This document shows, in pieces, positions 27,943 through 38,052 of a DNA stretch of 64,000 bases; the first letter of the stretch is position 1, and each line of letters starts with the position of its first letter. This DNA is from a virus (Duplodnaviria; Caudoviricetes): IMG/VR virus record IMGVR_UViG_2615840601_000001. The stretch is one strand, 5' to 3'. Made by a program: the position numbers and the translations under genes. The notes beneath the pieces were generated by a model, which was not told where the DNA came from, searched no databases, and worked only from the letters and a program-made list of their open reading frames with translations.

Positions 27943-28342
27943 TTCGGCAGCACTTGCGAAAATTCATATTGCAAAGAAGGATCTGGGGCTGGACGAGACC
28001 ACCTACCGCTCGCTGCTGATGCGGATTACCGGCAAAGACAGTGCAGGCCAGATGTCCGAACCCCAACGCGAATCCGTCCTCGCAGAAATGCGTCGCCTTG
28101 GCTGGAAACCGAAGTCGGGGGGCAAGCACCGTCCGACCTCTTCTAAGCCCTATGTTCGGCTCATGTATGCCATCGCCAAAAACATCGACAAGACTGGCTA
28201 CTGGAAGCTGCCTTACAAAGATGCCCTGCGGGCCTTTGTCAAAGCGGAAACCGGCATCGACAATCCGGAATGGTTGACCTTCGAGCAGGCCAGCCCGGTG
28301 ATTGAAGCCCTCAAGACGATAGAGCGGAGGGTGGGAAGATGA
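27929..28342 (+). CDS. gemA: GemA (Mu gp16)-like protein
   Basis: LAKIHIAKKDLGLDE.TYR..L...TGK.S; VIEALK. Confidence 0.88.
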   Translation: MALHSSAALAKIHIAKKDLGLDETTYRSLLMRITGKDSAGQMSEPQRESVLAEMRRLGWKPKSGGKHRPTSSKPYVRLMYAIAKNIDKTGYWKLPYKDALRAFVKAETGIDNPEWLTFEQASPVIEALKTIERRVGR

Positions 28343-28344
28343 GG

Positions 28345-28689
28345 TTATTGAGAAGTCCCAAGCTTGTGCTTCCCAACATATTTTTCGGTAGCGGAGCAAA
28401 GCACCTTTTTCTGCAGGTCGCTCGCCTTCTCAAGGCTCATTTTGGCAACCATGACCTGACCATCCAACTGGGCGAGCACGTCGCTTTCCCTTCCTTCAAA
28501 ATAGTGAGCGACAAAGGACATCATCGCATCTGCATCAACCGCTATGCTGCATTCTTCCTGAATGGCAACAGTTTTTGCCAGAGCAGACATCTCTGTAAAA
28601 AAGGTCAAGTCGTCCATCTGCGCAAATGCGCTGGTCGGAATGACAATAACGAGAGCGGCAAGCCATTTTTTCATGATAAAAATCCTCAA
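28345..28689 (-). CDS. Secreted hypothetical protein (moron)
   Basis: Signal peptide MKKWLAALVIVIPTSAFA; antisense to early operon. Confidence 0.7.
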   Translation of the reverse strand: MRIFIMKKWLAALVIVIPTSAFAQMDDLTFFTEMSALAKTVAIQEECSIAVDADAMMSFVAHYFEGRESDVLAQLDGQVMVAKMSLEKASDLQKKVLCSATEKYVGKHKLGTSQ

Positions 28690-28707
28690 ACTGAAGGGAG
28701 GGTTGAG

Positions 28708-29031
28708 CTAGCGACAGGCTGCCATGCCAATAGATTGAACGCCGCCAGCCTTGTAGGCCGCGTCATCATATATGGTGATGGTCTTGAGATCTTTCGGGGC
28801 ACCGACATCTGGGAAAAGCATGCAGAGATACTCGGCATATCCATCTTTGCGGGTGCCGTCAGACGCCATCGTGACGTGCATGGCATTGACAACAGGATCT
28901 TTCCATCGTGCATCTATGACCTTCTTTTCGGATTTGATCAGTTTAAGTGCATCTTGCTGCCATTGAGCCAGCTCGGCTGCCTGCGTAGATGTGCTCAAAA
29001 TCAATGCTGCGAGAATCAAAGCGATGCGCAT
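28708..29031 (-). CDS. Secreted hypothetical protein (moron)
   Basis: Signal peptide MRIALILAALILSTSTQA; RBS AGGA. Confidence 0.72.
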   Translation of the reverse strand: MRIALILAALILSTSTQAAELAQWQQDALKLIKSEKKVIDARWKDPVVNAMHVTMASDGTRKDGYAEYLCMLFPDVGAPKDLKTITIYDDAAYKAGGVQSIGMAACR

Positions 29032-29120
29032 GGTGTTCTTTCCTACTCTTACAATCAGTGGAGGAACTTAACGCTAGCCATTCGCCAATTGTCAATGCCG
29101 CCCGTTGTCGGGAGGACCAT

Positions 29121-29381
29121 ATGAACAAGCCTTTGCCCGCTGATTTCGTGACGGATCATGCGCTCGTCCGCTATCTCGAACGCGTCCTTGAGATCGATCT
29201 TGATGGGGTTCGCCAGCAGATCGCGGACGAGACTGCGACGGCCATTGCCTCCGGGGCCGTTTCCATGCGCAAGAATGGCCTGCGCTACATCTTCAAGGGC
29301 GGGAAGGTCATCACCATTTTGCTGACATCCAACGAAATGGAGCGCATCAGGCGGCTTCGGACAGGAGAGAGCCATGACTGA
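29121..29381 (+). CDS. Hypothetical phage protein
   Basis: RBS GGAGG; VTDHALVRYLERV motif. Confidence 0.7.
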   Translation: MNKPLPADFVTDHALVRYLERVLEIDLDGVRQQIADETATAIASGAVSMRKNGLRYIFKGGKVITILLTSNEMERIRRLRTGESHD

Positions 29382-29772
29382 GCTTCTGACCGAGGATATG
29401 GGAATGATCGCGGATATTGTTGGGCGCGAGGTGGTTGATGAGCTGATGACCAAGCTGCCTGGCATCGAGATCAAAGTGCCTCTTCACTGGACCGAAGACA
29501 ACCCGCTCTCGCGCCTTGATCGCGAGACCGCCGACCTGCTGATCCATCAGTTCCCCGGCGACAAATTCTATGTGCCAACCCGTCTGCGCAAAGCCGACAA
29601 TCGGGCCGAAGCCCTGCGCCTGCACAAAGAGGGTTTCGGCTCAATCGAGATTGCCCTCGAACTGCGTATATCAGAACGCTATGTGCGCATGCTGCTGGCG
29701 GGCAAAGCCCTGCCAAGCCGTGTCGATGAGCGACAGATGGATATTGAGGATTTTCTGAGGCGAGTGGGGTGA
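29374..29772 (+). CDS. Mor/C-like transcription activator
   Basis: FPGDKFYVP plus C-terminal HTH IALELRISERYVR; last early gene. Confidence 0.8.
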   Translation: MTELLTEDMGMIADIVGREVVDELMTKLPGIEIKVPLHWTEDNPLSRLDRETADLLIHQFPGDKFYVPTRLRKADNRAEALRLHKEGFGSIEIALELRISERYVRMLLAGKALPSRVDERQMDIEDFLRRVG

Positions 29773-29976
29773 TCAGAACAAATGACGGCTCTGAGCCCAT
29801 TTTGCATATTTTTGCAAGACGCATCAACGGCAGCTTTCTGCACGAGGTTTTATATCCTAGCCTAAGATACACTTTTATGGGGCGCATCTTAAAATTAGCT
29901 GTTCGATAAAGAAGGGTCTTAGTGTCAGGGCAAAGGGAATAATTCGAAGGACTGGTGCTCCCACATATATGAAAGG

Positions 29977-30234
29977 TCAGGCTTCTCGTTGTCGCCTAGC
30001 AATCTTAGCCAATATCCCTAGAACAACAGAGCCAAGCACCATATAGAAACCCCTTGTGACCATTTCGCCCGTTGTTGCGCCATATCGGTGGTCATAGAAC
30101 GCTTGGATTTGCGCTAAGGCCTGCGGGTCATCAATCGGCAGTTTAGAGCCAAGCCAAAAACCCATGCCCAAAGAAAGCATTCCAATCACAAACCCTATCC
30201 AAGCGAGCACTGAACCAATACGAGCAAAAAACAT
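29977..30234 (-). CDS. Two-TM membrane protein (moron)
   Basis: Two hydrophobic helices; AT-rich; antisense. Confidence 0.65.
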   Translation of the reverse strand: MFFARIGSVLAWIGFVIGMLSLGMGFWLGSKLPIDDPQALAQIQAFYDHRYGATTGEMVTRGFYMVLGSVVLGILAKIARRQREA

Positions 30235-30487
30235 AATCTTCTCAATTATTGTAATAACGTGATGTCTACAGTAACATATCAAAAAGAGAGTGCGAATACT
30301 ACATTACAACCAAAACAATAATCAACTTCCACTTTTTGCAAAAGTCATGACTTTTGCAATGGTACTCAGAGCAGAGAATAATAAGCTTAACATGGTCCCA
30401 CAAGCGGGCATTGGCGTAGCTGCAACGAAAGCCCGCTTCGTCCGCAGAGTGTGAATTCGAGACGATCCTACCAAATAGCTTTCCCCA

Positions 30488-30528
30488 GGAACACTTCCGG
30501 CGCTTCCCGTAATTTAAAAGCAGACAGT
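30488..30528 (+). promoter_or_regulatory. Putative late promoter (GGAACACTTCC + -10-like GACAGT)
   Basis: Recurrent motif with 24-nt spacer; upstream of lysin. Confidence 0.6.
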
Positions 30529-30565
30529 TGTCTCAAAATTCGTCCCGAATTTCACGAGGCCAGTC

Positions 30566-31780
30566 ATGTCTGTTGTAGCCCAGTTGCGTCGAGGCGGTGG
30601 CGAAGTCACCGATATCTCAGCCACCATTGAAGCCTTTGCCAGTCGTATCGGCTGTGAAGTCACCGTCCTTCGTGCCATTCTGGAGGTGGAAAGCGGTGGT
30701 GATGATTATGATGATCAGGGTCGCCTGATCATTCTCCCCGAAAAGCATGTCTTTAATCGCCAATTGCCAAAGAGCTTGCGCAAGAAGGCTTTGAGCTTGC
30801 ACCTGTCTACAAGCAAATGGTCTCGTGCAAATTACAAAGGCCTTGGCGGCAAGGGATCCGATCAACGCTGGAACCTGATGGAAAGGTGGGTTCGGCTTGA
30901 TGAGGAAGCCGCGCTCAAGTCAGCCTCCTATGCATCGTTTCAGGGAATGGGGTTTAATCACCGTCTTTGCGGCTATGCCACTGTTTCCGAGTATGTGCTG
31001 TCGCTGGCTCAATCCAGTACCCATTGCGTTGAAGCCTTCCTGTCCTTTCTTGAGTATTCCGGCCTTGCCGACGCGTTGCGCGAGAAGGATTGGGAGGGGA
31101 TTGCCCGCCGTTACAATGGCTCTGGTCAGGTGGCCCATTATGCCAGCCTGATGCGCAAGGCCTATGCTCGCCTTGGTGGATCAGAAGATGGCAGGAAGAG
31201 CAAACCATCTTCGCGCTTTGCCATGCTCCGCCTCGGGTCATCGGGCTATATGGTCAAGGCCCTGCAGGAGCGTCTCTGTGACCTCGGTTATCACGTCAAG
31301 GTGGATAGCGATTTCGGTCCGGCTACTCGCCGTGCTGTTGTCGCGTTCCAGGTCGATCATGGCCTGAAGACAGACGGCCTGGTCGGCCCCAAGACACAGG
31401 CCGCTCTTGACGTCGCCGTACCGATCAACCAGCAACTCGGCAATGGCCGGAATGGTCTGACGGTCAAATACCTTCGCAAATCCGGCTCTGACACCGTTAG
31501 AAAGGCCGATTGGCTAACGCGGCTTGGTGGTGCTGTTCTGGGCACAGGCACGCTTGCCGGTGGCCTCGATGGCGCTGATCCTGGCGGCCTGCTTGATGGT
31601 CTGGGGCAAATGACTGCGACCTTGCAGTCCCTCCGGGCACAGCTTTCGCCGATCTTTTCTTTGATCGCGGACAACAAGTGGATGGCCTTTGGCCTCATTG
31701 GTCTCGCCATCCTCTTTATCGCTCATCAGATCAAACAGCGCCGTCTGATGGACGCTCAGAACTGGAGGCATGTGGGATGA
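30566..31780 (+). CDS. Endolysin: N-acetylmuramidase (DUF3380-like) + peptidoglycan-binding domain + hydrophobic C-terminus
   Basis: VESGG, EKHVF, SASY..FQ.MGFN, ARRYNG; LRLGS.G..VK.LQ, DG.VGP.T. Confidence 0.88.
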   Translation: MSVVAQLRRGGGEVTDISATIEAFASRIGCEVTVLRAILEVESGGDDYDDQGRLIILPEKHVFNRQLPKSLRKKALSLHLSTSKWSRANYKGLGGKGSDQRWNLMERWVRLDEEAALKSASYASFQGMGFNHRLCGYATVSEYVLSLAQSSTHCVEAFLSFLEYSGLADALREKDWEGIARRYNGSGQVAHYASLMRKAYARLGGSEDGRKSKPSSRFAMLRLGSSGYMVKALQERLCDLGYHVKVDSDFGPATRRAVVAFQVDHGLKTDGLVGPKTQAALDVAVPINQQLGNGRNGLTVKYLRKSGSDTVRKADWLTRLGGAVLGTGTLAGGLDGADPGGLLDGLGQMTATLQSLRAQLSPIFSLIADNKWMAFGLIGLAILFIAHQIKQRRLMDAQNWRHVG

Positions 31781-32202
31781 TTGGATGGATCGTCAAACTT
31801 GGCACCAAGCTGCTTTCTCTTCTCGGCATCGATCTTGTTGACCGGGTGTTGTCCTTTTTTGAGCGTCAGGCCGATAGCTTGACCGAACGCACCAAGATCG
31901 GCGCAAAGGTTACAATCGAAGAAATCAGGGCGGATGTCGCAACCCGCAATGCCGCGCGCGATATCGTCATTGCGGAACAGGGCTGGTGGTTGACGGCCAT
32001 GATCCGTCCGCTCTTTGCCTATCCCACCATTGCCTACTATGGCGCGGTGATTGCCGACAGCCTGTTTCACTTCAAATGGGACGTGGCGAAGTTGCCCGAT
32101 CCGATAGGGGATTGGGCCGGTTGGATCGTTGGCGCTTATTTCCTCACCCGACCAATTGAGAAGGGTATCCGCTCCTATCTCTTTAACAAAGGAAAGTCCT
32201 GA
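31777..32202 (+). CDS. Holin-like membrane protein
   Basis: After lysin; IRP motif, TM helices, YF..R..EK. Confidence 0.6.
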   Translation: MIGWIVKLGTKLLSLLGIDLVDRVLSFFERQADSLTERTKIGAKVTIEEIRADVATRNAARDIVIAEQGWWLTAMIRPLFAYPTIAYYGAVIADSLFHFKWDVAKLPDPIGDWAGWIVGAYFLTRPIEKGIRSYLFNKGKS

Positions 32203-32408
32203 TGTCCGAGGAAATCCATGCGCAGCTGGGAGAGATCAAGGGGCTTCTGAAAGGGATCGACGGCAAAGTCAATGGCCTTGATCACCGCCTCGAAAAGCAG
32301 GATGAGCGCCTTCGCCTGGTCGAGAGGCGCTCCATCACCAATTCGGTCATCACCTCCGGCGTGATCTCGATCGGTCTGGCCTTCATCAAAGACAAGATCG
32401 GGATGTGA
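32202..32408 (+). CDS. Small coiled-coil/TM protein
   Basis: Coiled coil plus C-terminal TM; precedes DUF1804 gene. Confidence 0.6.
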   Translation: MSEEIHAQLGEIKGLLKGIDGKVNGLDHRLEKQDERLRLVERRSITNSVITSGVISIGLAFIKDKIGM

Positions 32409-32417
32409 TATCCGGCC

Positions 32418-32918
32418 ATGGCGCATAAAGACGAAAAAAGGACCGATGCCCGCAGGGCCTATATCCGGGAGCAACAAGCCATCCCGGTCATTGCCTTGTC
32501 TATTGGCGTCTCTGAGGCCACCGTGCGCCGCTGGAAGCGGGACGCCAAACAGAGCGGCGATAACTGGGATGTGGCGCGGGCCGCGCACATGATGGCGGGA
32601 GAAGGTCTGGAGACAGTTGTCTCCGGAGTTGTCGAACAGTTCGTCACCCTGTTCAAGGCCACCATAGAGCAATTGCAGGATGACGGCGACCTGTCGCCCG
32701 AAGAGCGGGTCAAGGCCATGGCCAGTCTTTCCGATGCCTTCAACAAGATGGTTGCCAGCGCCGGTCGTGTCGCGCCGAAGATTTCTGAGCTGGGTGTCGC
32801 CAATGATGTCTTGCAGCGACAGGCCGAGTTCATCCGCGAGTTCTATCCCCAGCATGCCGCAGCCTTTCTGGAGATCCTTGAACCCTTCGGGGAGCGACTA
32901 GTGGAGGTCTATGGATGA
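32418..32918 (+). CDS. DUF1804 protein (putative small terminase)
   Basis: MAH...R..AR.AY...TVRRWK....GDNWD.AR. Confidence 0.85.
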   Translation: MAHKDEKRTDARRAYIREQQAIPVIALSIGVSEATVRRWKRDAKQSGDNWDVARAAHMMAGEGLETVVSGVVEQFVTLFKATIEQLQDDGDLSPEERVKAMASLSDAFNKMVASAGRVAPKISELGVANDVLQRQAEFIREFYPQHAAAFLEILEPFGERLVEVYG

Positions 32919-34561
32919 GCACGCCAAAGGTGCAAAAGCAGCTCAAATCAAGGGAGTTCCTCGACGGCCTCTCCGAGATGGCGGAAGCCTTCCGCCTGAA
33001 GATCGAGCTGGAAGTTGAAGCCTTCCCGATTGACCCCAAGCTGCGGGCCGAGCGGCTCAAAAAGGTGCAGGATCCGGAGACCGGTTATCGCTTCTTTGCC
33101 GAGACCTATTTCCCGCATTATCTGACCTCGGCCCCGTCGCTGCTGCATGAGCATCTCTATGACAATTTGCCCATGCTGGTCGCCACCAGGGAAGGGCAGA
33201 AGAAACTGGTCATCGCGCCACGCGGCTCGGCCAAATCCACCCATATCAGCCTGATCTTCCCGCTCTGGTGCATTGTGCGAGGCCTCAAGCATTATATCGT
33301 CCTGATCATGGATGCGTTTGAGCAGGCCGCTGTCATGCTCGAAGCCCTGAAAGCCGAGCTTGAGGTCAATCCTCGCCTCAAATATGACTTCCCCGATGTC
33401 TTCGGGCAGGGCCGTGTCTGGCGTGAGGGCGATATCATCACCCGCAACAATGTGAAGGTGGAGGGCTTCGGCACCGGCAAGAAGATCCGAGGCCGCCGCC
33501 ATGGCCCGTATCGCCCGGATCTGGCCATCCTAGATGATATCGAGAATGACGAGAATGTCGCCAGCCCCAAACAGCGCGACAAACTGGAAAGCTGGATCGC
33601 CAAGGCTGTCCTCAAGCTTGGCCCGACCGATGGCTCCATGGATGTGCTCTATGCGGGCACCGTGTTGCATTTTGATGCGGTGATTGTTCGTTATGCCAAG
33701 AAGCCGGGCTGGGGCGTCACCGAGTTCCGCGCCGTCCTTGAATGGCCTAACGATATGGCGCGGTGGGACGAGTGGGAAGAGATCTATCTCAATGAGGGGG
33801 AACCGGAGGCCGACGCCTTCTATTCGGCCAATAAGGCCGCGATGGACAAGGGTGCAGAGCTCAACTGGCCTGCCAATCATACGCTGATCTATCTGATGAA
33901 AGAGCGGGCCGGTGATCATGCCGCCTTTGAATCCGAGTATCAGAACAAGCCGCTTGCGCTCGACAATCCCTTTCAGAGCATCACCTGGTGGGTGCGGGTC
34001 AATCGGGACTGGCTGTTCTTCGGCGCTGTTGATCCGTCCCTTGGTAAGAACAATCGCAATCGCGACCCGTCTGCCATCCTTGTTGGAGCCTATGACAAAG
34101 AGAGCACCATTCTCGATATTGTCGAAGCCTCCATTCGCCGACGCGTGCCCGATCTCATCATTGATGACATTATTGCCATGCAACGGGAATACCACTGCCA
34201 GATGTGGTTTGCCGAGGTGGTCCAGTTCCAGGAGTTCCTGCGCACCGAACTGATGAAGCGGGCGGCAAAAGCCGGTCTTGCCCTGCCTGCCTATCCGGTC
34301 ACGCCGATCATTGACAAGAACTTGCGCATCGAGCGGCTGCAGATCCCGATCTCGGACGGCACCATCCGCCTTCACAAGAGCCAGCAGACCCTCATTGATC
34401 AGCTCCAGCAATGGCCCATGGCCGACCATGATGACGGGCCGGACTGCCTTGAGATGCTCTGGAAGCATGCCATCGAAATGGCCGCTACCACCCTGACCGC
34501 CACCTCTATCACCACCGCTGCCCCAATCAGTCAGGGCGCGTTAGGAGGCTATCGATTATGA
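32915..34561 (+). CDS. Terminase large subunit
   Basis: APRGSAKST, RPDLAILDDIE, AVDPS, HDDGPD. Confidence 0.93.
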   Translation: MSTPKVQKQLKSREFLDGLSEMAEAFRLKIELEVEAFPIDPKLRAERLKKVQDPETGYRFFAETYFPHYLTSAPSLLHEHLYDNLPMLVATREGQKKLVIAPRGSAKSTHISLIFPLWCIVRGLKHYIVLIMDAFEQAAVMLEALKAELEVNPRLKYDFPDVFGQGRVWREGDIITRNNVKVEGFGTGKKIRGRRHGPYRPDLAILDDIENDENVASPKQRDKLESWIAKAVLKLGPTDGSMDVLYAGTVLHFDAVIVRYAKKPGWGVTEFRAVLEWPNDMARWDEWEEIYLNEGEPEADAFYSANKAAMDKGAELNWPANHTLIYLMKERAGDHAAFESEYQNKPLALDNPFQSITWWVRVNRDWLFFGAVDPSLGKNNRNRDPSAILVGAYDKESTILDIVEASIRRRVPDLIIDDIIAMQREYHCQMWFAEVVQFQEFLRTELMKRAAKAGLALPAYPVTPIIDKNLRIERLQIPISDGTIRLHKSQQTLIDQLQQWPMADHDDGPDCLEMLWKHAIEMAATTLTATSITTAAPISQGALGGYRL

Positions 34562-36177
34562 GCCGCAAATCCCGCCGAAACCGTGCTCGCCGCCGTGCCG
34601 TCCAGCAAGTGGCGCAACAGACTTCACAACAGGCCACACAGGCAAAGTTGCCCAAACAGGGTGGCCAGCTGATCGCCACGGCGCAGAATGACATCACCGT
34701 CCCCTTTTATTCGGACATCCTTGTGCCGCAGGATACGACCATCAAGGAAAAGGGGCCACACAAGGGCCTCAAGCTCTATGACGAGGTCATGAAGGATGGT
34801 CGGGCCAAGGCCACACTTAGTAAGCGCTACAGCAAGATCACCCGGCGCGAATGGATGGTGGAGGCGGCAAGCGAGGATACAAAGGATATCGAGGCCAGGG
34901 ACGGCATGGAGGAGATCCTCAATGCCCTGCCGTTTGACGCCATTTGCAAGGAACTCTCCAAAGCCATTCTTAAGGGCTTTGCCATCTCGGAAATCGTCTG
35001 GGGCCGCAATGTGGACGGGCATGTGGTGCCGGAGAGGATCAAGACCCACGACCCAAGCCGCTTTGTCTTTGACAAGGACTGGAACCCGCGTCTTCTGGTG
35101 CCAGAGAATTCCATCGACGGGATCAAGCTGCCCGTTCGCAAGTTCATTGTCCATCGGTTCGATGCCGAAGGAAACAATCCTTACGGCATGGGGCTCGGCT
35201 CCGTCCTTTTCTGGCATGTGCTGTTCAAGCGCGAGGGCGTTTCCTTCTGGATGAAGTTCCTCGACAAGTTTGCCGCTCCCATTCCGTTCGGCAAATATGC
35301 GGTCGGCACCCCCAAGAAAGAACAGGACCAGTTGCTCAACTCACTGATGGCGATGGTTCAGCAGGGCGCGCTTGTTGCCCCCATTGGCACAGAGGTCAGC
35401 TTTCTGGAAGCAGCCCGCTCAGGCAATGCCTCCTATGAGGAATGGTGCCGGTTCTGGGATGAGCAGACCTCCGAGGTGGTTCTGGGCAGCACCCTGTCGA
35501 CCAGCCTCAAGGGGCAAGGGTCTCGCGCTGCGTCTCAAACCCATGCAGAAGAAACCGACAGCATTATCGATGATGATTGCGACCAGCTTTCCGATACGCT
35601 CAACCCGACCCTCATCAAATGGATCTCAGAGCAGAACTGGCCCGATGCCAACCCGCCGACCGTGTGGCGTCCGCGCCCTCGCAACGAAAGTGAAGAGGAA
35701 GACCAGAAGGCAAAACGGGCCACTCGACAGCAGTCAGAAATCCGCTCTCTTGATGCTGCCCGCAAACAGGGCTTTGAACCCAAGGATGTCCAGGACTGGC
35801 TCTCCTCTGTCTTCGACGTTGAAATGGTGCCGGTCGAGCTGACCACACCTCAACCGGCAGAGCCAGAGGACAACGCGACATTTGCTGATGATGACAGCCC
35901 GATTGCTCATCTGATTGATCAGTTGGAAGAGCTGGCGGGACCGCAGCAACAAGCATGGCTCGATCATATCCAGGAACGCCTGTCGAAAGTGTCCAGCTTC
36001 TCGGAGGCCTCTCAGGCCTTGCTGGAGCTGTCTGGCGAACTGGAGATCGATCCAATGGGCCGGGTGATGGGCAACGCCATCGCCCTTTCTGAGATCACGG
36101 GCCGATCCGATGTCTTTGACGAGACGGGCATCTATCCTTCCGGGGCGCGTGGCTCAAAAAAAAAGACCAAAATCTAG
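34558..36177 (+). CDS. Portal protein (Mu gp29, DUF935)
   Basis: GFAISEIVW, NPYG.GL, W..FLDKF..P; ends in A9 slippery run. Confidence 0.92.
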   Translation: MSRKSRRNRARRRAVQQVAQQTSQQATQAKLPKQGGQLIATAQNDITVPFYSDILVPQDTTIKEKGPHKGLKLYDEVMKDGRAKATLSKRYSKITRREWMVEAASEDTKDIEARDGMEEILNALPFDAICKELSKAILKGFAISEIVWGRNVDGHVVPERIKTHDPSRFVFDKDWNPRLLVPENSIDGIKLPVRKFIVHRFDAEGNNPYGMGLGSVLFWHVLFKREGVSFWMKFLDKFAAPIPFGKYAVGTPKKEQDQLLNSLMAMVQQGALVAPIGTEVSFLEAARSGNASYEEWCRFWDEQTSEVVLGSTLSTSLKGQGSRAASQTHAEETDSIIDDDCDQLSDTLNPTLIKWISEQNWPDANPPTVWRPRPRNESEEEDQKAKRATRQQSEIRSLDAARKQGFEPKDVQDWLSSVFDVEMVPVELTTPQPAEPEDNATFADDDSPIAHLIDQLEELAGPQQQAWLDHIQERLSKVSSFSEASQALLELSGELEIDPMGRVMGNAIALSEITGRSDVFDETGIYPSGARGSKKKTKI

Positions 36178-37445
36178 CTGCCTTTGCCGACATAGGGCCG
36201 TTTGAAGAGGCTCTGGACTTCCATCGCCAGAAGGTGCGTCTTCCGACCCGCGCCTGGTCCGATTTGCTCCATCATGGTCATGACCGGGCCTTTGTCGTGG
36301 CCGGGGCACAGAAGGATGCCATGCTGGAAGACTTCCAGATGGCCATTGATGACGCCATCGCAAAGGGCATGCCGCTCAAGGGATGGCTCGACAAGGATGA
36401 TACCTATCATCCCGGCTTTCTTGATCGCTTTGACGAGATCGTCAAAAAGCACGGCTGGGATTACAAGGGCGGACGCAACTGGCGTGCCCGCGTCATCTAT
36501 GAGACCAATCTCAAAACCGCCTATGCTGCCGGTCGCTACAAGCAGATGACCGATCCGGCCACGCTTAAGGCCTTTCCTTACTGGCAGTATAAGCATGCCT
36601 GGGAACGCATTCCGCTTCATCCGCGCGAAGAGCATGAAGCGTGGGATGGGCTGATCCTTCCGGCTGATGATCCATGGTGGCAGACCTATTACCCGCCCAA
36701 TGGCTGGAAATGCGGCTGTGGCGTGCGGCCAGTCAGTCGGGCAAAGCTCAAACGCGTTGGTAAGGAAGGCCCCGATACCGCCCCTTCCATCCAGTACCAA
36801 CAGAAACTGGATCCCGGCACAGGTGACCCAATCGACTATCCCGCTGGCGTCGATATGGGATGGGCCTATGCCCCAGGCCGGACATGGGCAGATGGACTGG
36901 TGCCAAGGGAACTGCAAAGATCAGCAGGCAGGCAAATGGAATTGCCGGAAATGAACAATCTGCCCGCCCTATCAGGTGGTTCCAAGCCTGTGATGGCTCC
37001 ACTTCTTCCTACTGGTCAAACACACGAATATTATGTGTCACAGTTCCTAGAGGCTTTTGATGCTGATCTTGATGAAGAAAAGAGCTTTCGGGACAAGGCG
37101 GGCAATATTGTTATTCTCAGCAGGAAACTATTCCAAAGGGCGGACGGTTCCAGCAAACTGAACAGCACCCGTGCTCCCGCCCTTAAGCAGCTCGCCGAAG
37201 CCATCATGGATCCAGATGAAATCTGGGTTGACTGGGAATGGCATGATGTGAGGAAGGAATGGATACTGAAGCGCCGTTATCTGCGCTCAGCTCCCAATCT
37301 TGCCGGGTTGCTTGTGTTCGAATGGTCCCAGCATGGCTGGTCAGCGACCACAGCCTACAATGCAGCACGTGGTCGCAAGCTCAAACCAAACCACAATCAA
37401 ATCAACAGCTGGCGACGGGGCCATTTGTTATGGCAGCGCAAATAA
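36156..37445 (+). CDS. Mu gpF head morphogenesis protein with C-terminal PBECR-like nuclease domain; probably entered by -1 frameshift from portal
   Basis: PFEEALDFHRQK lies upstream of first GTG (36234); IYETN..TAYAAGR, YPPNGWKCGC; LAEAIMDPDEIW. Confidence 0.8.
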   Translation, partial: KKKDQNLAAFADIGPFEEALDFHRQKVRLPTRAWSDLLHHGHDRAFVVAGAQKDAMLEDFQMAIDDAIAKGMPLKGWLDKDDTYHPGFLDRFDEIVKKHGWDYKGGRNWRARVIYETNLKTAYAAGRYKQMTDPATLKAFPYWQYKHAWERIPLHPREEHEAWDGLILPADDPWWQTYYPPNGWKCGCGVRPVSRAKLKRVGKEGPDTAPSIQYQQKLDPGTGDPIDYPAGVDMGWAYAPGRTWADGLVPRELQRSAGRQMELPEMNNLPALSGGSKPVMAPLLPTGQTHEYYVSQFLEAFDADLDEEKSFRDKAGNIVILSRKLFQRADGSSKLNSTRAPALKQLAEAIMDPDEIWVDWEWHDVRKEWILKRRYLRSAPNLAGLLVFEWSQHGWSATTAYNAARGRKLKPNHNQINSWRRGHLLWQRK

Positions 37446-37548
37446 AAATGGCAGCCGGTGCGAACTGCCATTTGCGCAATCGAGTGGAGACACGCACCTG
37501 TCCCCGATTGCATCAATGTAAATATAGCACCCCTGGAGGGCTTTTTAA

Positions 37549-38052
37549 ATGCCATTCCTCAGTTTCAGATATGACTATGCCTCCGCAGATCAGGAGATCC
37601 GCCGTCTGATCGACAAGATCGAAGACAAGGCCGCTATTCATCGTGTCATCGGCATGGCGCTCTATGATCAGACCATGGACCGGTTCGAGCGTGAAGAGAG
37701 CCCGGATGGCAACAAATGGGCACCGCTCGCCCCACTTACCCTCTCTAACCGCCGCCAGCCCAGGGGCATCTTGCGCGACAGCGGTGAGTTGATGCGCTCC
37801 ATCCATTTTGAAGCCTCATCCTCCCGCACGGAGGTCGGCACCAATCTCAACCATCCAAAGGTCTGGGTCATGCAGCGCGGCGCAACGATCAAGCCGCGCC
37901 GGTTCAACTCCCTGCGCATCCCTGTCTCACGCGGGGCTGAAGGCTATGTCTTCAGCAAGGGCGTGAAGATCCCCGCACGGCCTTATATCGGTATCGGACG
38001 GCAGGATGAAGAGGTGATCCGGGAGGAGCTGGAGGGGTATTTTGGGGACTGA
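37549..38052 (+). CDS. Virion morphogenesis protein gpG
   Basis: RF..E.SPDG.KWAPL, ILRDSGEL..SI, IPARPYIG. Confidence 0.88.
   Translation: MPFLSFRYDYASADQEIRRLIDKIEDKAAIHRVIGMALYDQTMDRFEREESPDGNKWAPLAPLTLSNRRQPRGILRDSGELMRSIHFEASSSRTEVGTNLNHPKVWVMQRGATIKPRRFNSLRIPVSRGAEGYVFSKGVKIPARPYIGIGRQDEEVIREELEGYFGD

Noticed and set aside
28339-29124. 261-aa plus-strand ORF
   Set aside because: Overlaps two minus-strand genes with clear signal peptides; no recognisable features
34558-37445. Portal/gpF pseudogene
   Set aside because: Both domains are intact and the break is at a canonical slippery heptamer; a homopolymer sequencing error cannot be excluded
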